DNA of 63,591 nucleotides, the filler included, from Folioceros fuciformis (taxonomy: Eukaryota), in assembly GCA_049999805.1 (NCBI GenBank). It is 7 parts of 7 records of this genome, joined end to end, with 100 filler letters (N's around TTAATTAATTAA, not from the genome) between each part and the next. Parts side by side here need not be neighbours in the genome. Positions count along the whole stretch, not along the records: positions 51,048 to 60,063 come from JBNGIO010004940.1; positions 60,164 to 63,591 come from JBNGIO010004945.1; 5 more parts are not named here. The stretch is one strand, 5' to 3'. Of the stretch, positions 54,001-63,591 are shown one piece after another (position 1 is the stretch's first letter; every line of letters starts with the position of its first letter). The notes beneath the pieces are model-generated. The model did not search any database and had not been told where the DNA came from. It saw nothing but the letters and a program-made list of their open reading frames with translations. Both the position numbers and the translations under genes were made by a program.

Positions 54001-55845
54001 CCCACGGGCTTGGTACTCACGCATACACAACTTTCTAATTGCACATGGTTATTTACCTATCCATGCTGACTCTAATGTGTATGTGAAGAGAGGGAAGAAC
54101 AAAGAGTTTCTGGCACTGGCCATTTATGTAGATGACTTAATTCTTATGTCTAACAGTCTGGAGATGATCAATGAGCTCAAAGATCTACTTAGCGGCGAAT
54201 TCAAAATGACAGATGTTGGAGCTTTAGCATTCTGCCTTGGTATGCAAATCCTACGAAACTGAAAACTCAGACGCATTTTCATGCATCAAGCTAAATATAT
54301 TCAGAGTATTCTAGCACGGTTTCAAATGCATAACTGTAAGCCTATGTCCACCCCTGTGGAACAGAATGTTAAGTATTCTGCACAACAAGGTGAAGTATCT
54401 GCAGAAGACATGGCATTCATGTCTGAATTTTCATACTCATCCCAAAGTGGCAGCTTAATGTATTTAATGCTAGGAACCAGACCTGACTTAGCATATGCTG
54501 TTGGGATGCTGTCCCAGTTCCTTGCAAATCCAGCAAAAGCACATTGGTTAGCTATGAGGAGAGTATTTCGGTATGTAAAAGCAACTGAAGATTGGGGACT
54601 CCTTTTTAGTGGAGAAGAAAAGGGAGCACTTACACTCATAGCATTCAGTGATGCAGACTGGGCTGGTGACCAGGATAGTAGAAGAAGTATTTCCAGTTAC
54701 GTAACCTTGCTAGCTGGCTGTGCCATTTCCTGGAGCAGTAAACGTCAGCCTACTGTAGCACTTTCCTCTACGGAGGCTGAGTACAAATCACTAACTGAAG
54801 CATGTAAGGAACTTATCTGGGCAGTGGGAGCACTGTCAGAACTTGGTGATGCACAGCAGCTCCCGGTGACACTTTGGTGCGATAATCAGAGTGCAATAGC
54901 ACTCTCGGAGAATCCACGCTATCATGCAAGAACAAAGCACTTGGAGGTTCAACACCATTTTATCAGAGAACAAGTCGCAAGTGGACTCGTCCAGGTTAGC
55001 TACTGCCCGACAGGCAACATGACCGCAGACATCCTCACAAAAGCTCTAGGCAAGTTGAAGCACGGCGAGCATTCCTATGGCATGGGCTTGCGGGCAGTAT
55101 CTGGTAAGTCAATCTGGAGTGTGGGAGCAGCAGCCACGGGCGCCTCTAGCTCGCGCACATCAGGCGCAGGAGCTCCAAGCTCAGAGACAGCTGCAGGGGC
55201 GGGCATCTCCAGCCCGACTTTTGAAGGCGCAGGCGCATCCAGCTCGCGCCCGACCTTGGCAGCTGGTACAGGCGCACCCAGCTCGCGCGCGACAGCAGCA
55301 GTTGCAGGCGCCAGTGGCGCAAGAGCAGCTGGAGCTGGCTTACCCAGCTCCCATATATCAGCCGGCGCGGATTCTGATGCCGCGCCAGCGGGATTCAGCG
55401 CGGGCAACCCCACTTGGCACACATGGAGAGCACGGCGACGGCGACGGCGATGGCGGCGGCAGCGACGGCACGGCAACGGCGGCGCGCTGGCATCCCTAGG
55501 AGGTAGCTCGGCCATCTCCAGCTGAAGCAGTTCACGGGCAGCAGCTGGAGGTGACCACACCTGGCGCGGCGATGAAGACGAAGACTGGCGTTTCATACGC
55601 CGGGCGTTTCTTACTCCGGGCAAAGTTTTTTTTTTTGCTTGGATTAGGTTTCATAGAAAGTTTTAAAGTTAATTAAGACCTAACTCCTGAGTGGGAGTGA
55701 AACTATAGTAAATAGTTATATATTCAGTAATTAGGTTAATTAGGAACCTTAGTAGTAAACCCTAATACGACAGTTATTATGGTTGTAACTACATTGTGCG
55801 GTGACGCTGACTTAGCGTTCAATCGCCTAAGGAAATCTATCGATC
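51048..55845 (+). mobile_element. Near-intact Copia element
   Basis: ORFs 51056-54262 and 54281-55525 are in the same frame; PPT GAGTGGGAG 55689-55697; LTR starts at 55698 and its right end is unresolved. Confidence 0.92.
51056..55525 (+). pseudogene. Copia gag-pol with a single in-frame TGA (54260) and an Ala/Gly/Ser-rich C-terminal read-through
   Basis: CGYCGLNNHTWEVC, WYIDSGAS, RSDNGGEY, QLDVKTAF, IYVDD, FSDADWA. Confidence 0.9.
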
Positions 55846-56620
55846 CTAAATATCTTTCCACTTCGGAGTAGTACTCAACTTCTTCTTCAAGTATTCAAAG
55901 GCTGCCTGACACTCACCATCCCATCTCCAAGCTTTTGCTGTCTTCAAGAGGTCAGTTATGGGTGTTGCTATCTTAGCAAACATATGTACAAAACTTCTTG
56001 TACACAAAAGCCAAACCCATAAAACTTCGCACCTTCTGCATGTTTTGAAGCGGCTGCCAATCTTGAATGGCCTTAACTTTATCAAGATCTATCCTAATGC
56101 CCTCGGCAGAGACAATGAAACCTAAGAATGGAATCTTTGTCTCGACAAAATCACACTTTTTGATTGCCAAGAACAAAGAATTCTCTCTTAGTCTTTGTAA
56201 CACTTTCCTCAAGTGTTCAACATGTTCCTCCAAGGTATGACTATAGATCAAAATGTCATCCAAATAGATTACAATACACTTGTCCACAAGATCTATAAAT
56301 ATAGTATTCATAAGAGTCTGAAATGTGGCAGGTGTGTTAGAAAGTCCAAATGGCATGACAAAAAACTCAAAAGATCCATACCTTGTTCTACATGCTATTT
56401 TGGACTCATGCCCCTCAGCAATCCTGATCTGATAGTACCTTGCCATGAGGTCTAACTTGGTGAAATACTTGGCACCCTTCAACTTGTCAAACATGTTATC
56501 CATTCTCGGCAAAGGATATGCATTCTTGATTGTGATATGGTTCAAAGCTCTATAATCTAGACACAATCTGAGTCCTCCATTCTTTTTATGCGTGAATAAC
56601 ACAGGCGCACCAAAGGGAGA
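55846..56620 (-). mobile_element. Gypsy RT fragment
   Basis: SPFGAPVLF, LCLDYRALN, YPLPR, MPFGL, YLDDIL. Confidence 0.9.
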
Positions 56621-57509
56621 CTTAGAAACTTTGGACTTCAAGGAAGTGCTGCAACTCCGTTTCCAACACGCTAATGCTGCGAGTTTGGCGCGAAGGATGC
56701 TCGACAATGTCAAGCATATTAGACCTTTGAGGGAGTATGTGAGTGAATTTAGCTCTGTTGTCTTACAATGTCCTAAGATGCATGAGTAGAACAAACTCCA
56801 CAAGTTCACTATTGACCTTAAGAGGTGGGCTCAGAACAGGGTTGCGTTGACTAATCCTCAGATGCTACAAGAGGTTATGGCAGCAGCAGATGCCACACCG
56901 GACATGTTTGTTCAAGAGCCTCCAATCTCGAGGGGGAGATATCCTAGATCTCAAGGTAGATCTAGAGGCAGAGGACAAGCCACCGTCATTGGGAACAGTG
57001 CAACTATTGAGACTGCTGGTAGAGGCCGGGGTAGAGACGATAATAGGAGTCATGGAAGACGATGTGCAGTGCCTACCTCTGGTGTATGTTATAGTTGTGG
57101 AGAGCAAGGACATTTTGCTAGAAATTGTCCACATGTAGGAGCTCCCAACTTGAATTTAGTTGCTGCAAATCTACCTGTTGCAAAAGCCAGGATCCAAGAG
57201 CTCCCTAAAGAATCTAGGTGACGCCAGGGGCCACATGTTGTAAGAACATGTGGTGAGTCATCGAGTGTCAAGGATGACACTATCCCCAGGGAGGGTGGAG
57301 ACCTAATGTATATATGTGGCAAGATGATTGACTTTGATGTAGGGCTGTTGTTAGATTCTGCAACCACCCATAATTTTGTAACTCCACGTAAGGCAAGAGA
57401 GCTTGGCCTTGAATGGACTGAGACTTCCACACCATATAAAATCAAGCAAGCTAAAGGGACTCTGCAATTTCTGGGTGAATTGCATAGAGTAAAGCTGCAA
57501 GTTGAAGTT
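56621..57509 (+). mobile_element. Gypsy gag-protease fragment
   Basis: FKEVLQLRF, REYVSEF, CYSCGEQGHFARNC, LLDSATTHNFV. Confidence 0.85.
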
Positions 57510-60063
57510 TGTAGTGCTTTGCGAAAGCGTTTGATCAAAGATAGTGCTTTACTAATTTATAAAATTGATTACAAGAGGTAGGCTTTTATAGCCTGTGTTT
57601 GAAGAGTTGTACCTCTTCGGTACTAGATACCAAAGGGTATGACCACGCTGGGTTTAGCTAAGTTTATTATAACCAATGCGGTCTATACTTCTAACTCTCC
57701 CTCTCAGACTAGTTGGGTTATCTAAATCAAAGAACTAATAATCATTTTCCGCTGGAGTATTGTGTAAGTACTACGATCTTCAACTAAACTCAACTCACCG
57801 ATCGTCACCGGCCGCAAGTAAGATTGAAGCAAGCGGTCTACAATAGCTGTCAACTTCAAGTAACTGAACGTTCTGTGATAAGATACGCTTCACCAAATGT
57901 GTGACTCGTCTAGCTTCAAAAAGATCTAGGCTTTAACATACCAGCTACATATCTTCCTTGATGGAGATAGATAGCACCAGTGGTATCTCTATGTACATGC
58001 ATACCAAGAATATATTTAACTTTGCCGAGATCCTTCATCTCGAATTCTTTACTAAGGTCAGCTTTAATCTTGTTTTCTAGTTCAATATTGTTGCCAGAAA
58101 TAACTAAGTCATCAACATATAGAGCAACCAGTACAAGGGAGCTATCCTTGCAGAGTACATAGATATTGGTGTCTGCTTCACTTTGGATAAAACCTATCTT
58201 CTTGAGGTAAGAGTCCATTCTCTCATATCATAAACGTGGGCTTTGCTTTAGTCCGTAAATCGAACGAATAAGTTTACACACCTTATTTGGATATTGCTTA
58301 TCTTCATAGTCTTCTGGTTGATCCATACAGATCTCTTCTTGCAGATGACCATAAAGGAAAGCAGTACAAACATCAAGCTGATAAATTTCTAGATTAAGCT
58401 CGGCACATAAAGCCAAGAGCATTCTCACGGAAGCAGCCTTGACTACAGGTGAATCAACCTTATCGCCTTGATAGTCCACTCCCTCTTTTTGACTAACCCT
58501 TAGCCACTAGTCTCGCCTTATATCGAATACGAGGTTTAACATCCTGGAATTTAGTTTTGAGAACCCACTTGCATTTGATAGTAGTTCTGCCTTTCGGCAA
58601 GTTTACTAGAGTCCAAGTATTATTTCTGATAAGAGAATTATATTCATCATCAATAGCAAACTTCCACTTAGCTGCATCAGGTCGCGAATATGCCTCTTGT
58701 AGAGTGAGGGATCTCCCTCTGAAGGGGCAACACTAAAGGCGTTGAAGTGACCTACAGCAATGGTGGTGTAGCCAGCTTGATTGAACTATAAATCAAAGGG
58801 GATCTCATTCCAGAGGTGTCTTGGTTGACGATGACGCAAAAGATATCTTCGCTCAGGGGCTGGATCAAGTATTACAGGAGAAGGTGGAGCAGGAACAGTC
58901 TTTGGGTCTTGTGGATTAAGAGCACTAAAGTCTTCTCTGTTTTCATAAGGATCAACAATGGCCTGTTCATCTTCCCCCTCTTGAGCAGGAACAATAGGGA
59001 TAGGTGCTGCTTGAGGTGAAGAGGCCAAGGATGGAGCAGTGGGTGCAGGACCAAAGTCTGGGAAAATAGAGGGTTGAGTTAAAAACTCAGGTATAAGGTC
59101 ACCTGGGTCGGAAGAAGCAATGTCGTCTGAATGAGCCGAAGTAGAATCCATGGACTCAGAACGAGCAGATGCTAACCGAGCCTCATCAAAGTGACAGTGC
59201 GAGCATATACAATAGCATGGGTATCCAAGTCAACCAGTTTATAAGCCTTATGGTCCTCGCCATAGCCAACAAATACCAGCTTGCGAGCACGAGCAGAAAG
59301 CTTGTCGCGAAGCTGAGAAGGAATATTAGCATAGGCGGGGGAGCCGAAAATCCGAAGATGAGTAATAAGAGGCTGATATCCATACCAAGATTCAAAGGGT
59401 GTCTGGTCAGGAACGGACTTGGAAAGTACCTTGTTGCGGAGATACGCTGCAGTATTAATTGCTTCGGCCCAGAAGGGTTTGGGGAGCTGAGTGCAGGCTA
59501 GCATAGCGTGGGCCATGGCGAGCAGATCGCCGTTGGCCTTTCCAGCAACCCCATTTTGCCGAGAAGTGTAGGGAACCGTAAATTGACGGGATATCCCCCT
59601 CTCAAGACAGAAATCCTTAAATTGCCGGTTATTTAATTCCCCTGCATTGTCAGATCTAATACACCGAAGCTTGCAACCGGTTTGCAGCTTGGCCATAGTG
59701 ACAAAAGGAGCAAAGGAGCAAAGGAGCTGAAGGAGTCACTCTTCAACTTGAGCGGAATAGCAAAGGTATAGCAACTATAGTCGTCAACAATAGTCATAAA
59801 ATGCAGTGCGCCGCCAAGTGAAAGGACCGGAAGTGGACCATAAAGATCAACATGGACCAACTCCAAGGGCTGAGTAGCCCGACGGGCAAGTAGAGTAGGA
59901 TAGGGGAAGCTTCGTTGTTTAGCATATGTACAAGGTTCACATAACAGAAGAGTCTGTGAAAAGTGTGATAGCTTATCCCAAAATAAATCTTGCCTAAACA
60001 TCTCTAAAAGCCTATGATGATTAATATGTCCAAGCCGAGAATGCCATAATAGGGAGTCACCTT
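57510..60063 (-). mobile_element. Copia element (INT-RT, RNase H deleted, PPT 57697-57705, 3' LTR 57510-57696)
   Basis: LELVHVDLYGP, RSDNAGE, QLDVCTAF, LYVDD; RT breaks at ~57920 directly into the 3' region. Confidence 0.88.
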
Positions 60064-60163
60064 NNNNNNNNNNNNNNNNNNNNNNNNNNNNNNNNNNNNN
60101 NNNNNNNTTAATTAATTAANNNNNNNNNNNNNNNNNNNNNNNNNNNNNNNNNNNNNNNNNNNN

Positions 60164-63100
60164 GCTTCTGTGCTTGACAAAGCAACTGTCGGTTGTTTCT
60201 TGCTTTGCTAGCTGATCATACTACTTTCCAGATTGAATGCATATCCACTAGTTGATCTTCTGTCATACGCACAACCAGCCCAATCAGCATCTGTATATCC
60301 TGTCAGTTCAAGATGCTTCCTATGCTCATAGAGCAATCCAAACTCAGTAGTTCCTTTCACATATCTCATGATTCTTCTAACTGCATCCAAGTGCGGTTTC
60401 CTTGGGTTTTGCATGAATTGACTAATCAGTCCCACTGCATAACTTAAGTCAGGACATGTGATAGTCAAGTAGATCAAACTTCCGACCATCTGTCGATACA
60501 TAGTCACATTTTCCAGCTCAGCTCCTACATCCATTTGCAGCTTGACGTTTTGCTCCAATGGTGTATCCATCGCTTTGCAATCTGCCATGCCATACTTCTG
60601 CAACATATCCTTAGCATATTGTTTTTGAAATAGCTAGATTCCTTGAGGTGTAGACACAACCTCAATTCCTAAGAAGTATCTGAGTTCACCAAGATCCTTC
60701 ACCTTGAACTCTTTTTGCAGATTTGCCTTGACATATGCAATACCATCTGCATCATCTCCTGTGATGATCAGGTCGTCAACATAAACGACAAGACACACTT
60801 GTCCTACCTTGGTCTGTTTTACAAACAGACTGTGATCTGTGTCTCCAATCACAAACCCTCGCCCCTTCAAAAAGCTTGTGATACGAGCATTCCATGCTCT
60901 ACGTGCCTATTTGAGTCCATACAATGCCTTCTTCAGTTTGTAGACGTATGTTGGAAACTTAGGATGAACATAGCCTTCAGGCTGTTCCACGTACACTTCC
61001 TCCTGTAACTCACCATTCAAGAAGGCATTCTTGATATCCATTTGCCATAACTTCCATCCTTTAGTTGCTGCTAATGCTATGACTGTCCTTACAGTTGTCA
61101 TCTTAGCTACTGGACTAAAGGTTTCCTCATAATCAAGACCATACTGTTGTGCATATCCCTTTGCAACCAACCTGGCCTTGTAACGCTCCAGCGTTCCATC
61201 TGACTTGAACTTCAACTTGTACACCCACTTAGAACCAATAGGAACCTTGCCATCAGGCAATTAAACCAAATCCCACGTTCCATTCTCAACTAATGTTGAG
61301 TATTCTTCATCCATGGCTTGACACCACTTATCATCTGTCACTGCCTCAGCAAACTTGGTTGGCTTCTTACAAGCTGACCCTTGTCATATACGCATAATGT
61401 TGCACATTGTAGCTTGTATAGGTGTACCTGTCAATGGGTTTCCTAACCCTCTCAGATCTCCTTGGTCTTGGTTCAGTTTGAACCTGCCTTGCATATCGTT
61501 GCTCCTTAGCACCTGGCGTTTCCACATACGGAATGCCAAACTTACTGTCAATGCTCTCACTACTTGAGGATTTATATCCCTCATTTTCAATTTTGCTGCT
61601 TTCTACTCTCCCCCTCACTGACATATCCGGGTCAGTGGTCTTTGGTTTACCATTCTGCAGTCTTCCAAACCATGGATTCACCATTGGTCACATCCTTACT
61701 CTTTGCTGGAGTACTCTTAACAGTACTCTCCCCTGTGGGTTCGTCATAGGGTAGTGCAACTGAGTTGCCATATCAGGAGGCTAACTCATCAAATACCACA
61801 TCCTTGCTTATCAGGATCTCATGTGTGGATGGCACATAACACTTATATGCCTTCCTATTTCGTGCATACCCCAGAAAAAACACTCTTCATTGCTTTAGGA
61901 TCTAGCTTCCTACACTTCTCATCAGGTACATGCATATATGCAATGCACCCAAATACTTTCGAGTGCCTAATATCCGGCTTATAGCCATACAGTCTCTCAA
62001 TTGGTGTAGCATCATGAATTCCTGCCGTAGGAGTTCGATTCAGTACATACACTGCTGTCATCACTGCTTTTGCCCAATAATCATTAGGTAAGCACTTCTC
62101 ATTCAGCATTGCCCTTCCTGTTTCCATGACTACCCTGTTCTTGCTCTCTGCAACACCATTCTGCTGTGGTGTGTATCTGCAAGTCAGCTGTCTTCGTATA
62201 CCATGATCTGCAAGATACCTGTCAAACTCATTTGAGACATATTCTCCCCCTCCATCTGATCTTAGACAAGAGATGGAGCAGCTGAATTCATTTTCAGCAT
62301 GCTTTTTGAAGTCCTTGAAAGACTCGAACACTTCATCCTTATGCTTCAGTATGTAGGGCCACGTATACCTGCTGAAATCATCAATGAAGGAGACATAGTA
62401 GTGGGCTCCTCCAAACGATGCATTATGTGAAGGACCCCATACATCAGAGTGTATCAATTGCAAAGGTCTCGAGCTGTTCTGCACATGTCGCACAAATGGA
62501 AACCTTGACTGTTTTCCAAATTGACATGTAGAACACACATGACCAAGATCAGCATACTTGAACTTGGGCAATCCTTCCACCATGCTTTTCTGTTGCATAG
62601 ATTTCAGCTTCTCTATGTTTACATGCCCAATTCTCTTATGCCATATTTCAACATCACGTATGGCACCTGCATCATTTGTAAACATTGCTGCATTTAGCTC
62701 TGGAATGGATGCATCCAGAGTGAACATCCGTCCATTCTTACTACCTTTAGCAATCAGTTTGCGCCCTCTATCATATTCTTCAATAAAGCATCCATCTTTA
62801 TTGAATCGAACCTGCAGATTTTGTTCAGCCATCTGTCCAACAGACAACAGGTTCTTCGTAATGGTTGGAACATGCAACACATCTTGCAGACTCTTCTACT
62901 GACCAGTCGGCATCCTAAGAGGAACAATTCCTCTGTGCTTTATGTCATGTTGTGTGTCATCTCCTGTACACATGTGACCATGGGGACCTGCATCCATCTT
63001 GTTAAACCACTCGCCATGCGGAGTCATGTGGCTTGATGCTCCTGGATCAATGTACCATCTCTCATCATTCTGCCCATCCTGTTCAGAGAGATGTTGCATG

Positions 63101-63591
63101 GCAAACAACCTATCCTGGTCATTTCCAGCATTACTAGAGGAGGCATAGTTCCCATGCTGCCTTCCTTTTCCTCTCATGTCTGCTTGCTGCTTATAGCAGT
63201 CCTTAGCAATATGACCAACCTTATCAGAATAGTAACACTCCTTGTCTCTATTGGAATGGTCATGAGATTGAAAAGAACCATCTCTTCCTCTTATGGCTCT
63301 ACCTGCGCCTCTAAAACTTCCAGATTCTCTCTGGCCTTGCGCATTTCCTCCACGCCAATTGTCTTGCTAATTCTGCGTGTTCCGAGCATCACCCCGTCCT
63401 CGAAATGAACCACGACCTCTGTGGCCTCTCCCACGCTGGTTAGAAAACAAAATAGTGTCTCTCCCTTGAGATATACCTAAACCTGTGTTCAGACCAAGCT
63501 TAACTTCCTCATGCAGCAACAAAGCAACCAATTCATCCCAACTGGGGAACTCAACTCTCACAGAGATTGATGTGTCAAAGGACTTGTACTC
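60164..63591 (-). mobile_element. Copia gag-pol (degenerate), extending beyond the window
   Basis: WYIDPGAS, WHKRIGH, HSDVWGP, RSDGGGEY, QMDIKNAF, VYVDD, GYTDADWA. Confidence 0.92.

Overview
Eukaryotic (land-plant, probably non-seed by inference) scaffold window that is almost entirely nested, decaying retrotransposons. It contains one Ty3/Gypsy element with a tRNA-Asp PBS, further Gypsy LTR/gag/RT fragments, about ten Ty1/Copia elements or fragments (one bounded by LTRs plus TSD, two nearly intact), solo LTRs, and a fragment of a non-LTR element with a restriction-like endonuclease. The only recognisable host gene is a 12-exon plastid triose-phosphate/phosphate translocator (TPT, ~27008-30167, +) with a probable GC-AG intron. 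Six 100-nt gaps carry an artificial TTAATTAATTAA linker, so adjacency across them is unproven. The most interesting pattern: Copia elements sharing a KEKDRF-type Gag N-terminus repeatedly carry an extra, often coiled-coil-like ORF between PBS and gag. Several Copia elements also carry an antisense ORF between RNase H and the 3' LTR, in one case with two apparent 61-nt introns. All calls were made by eye; no database searches were run.
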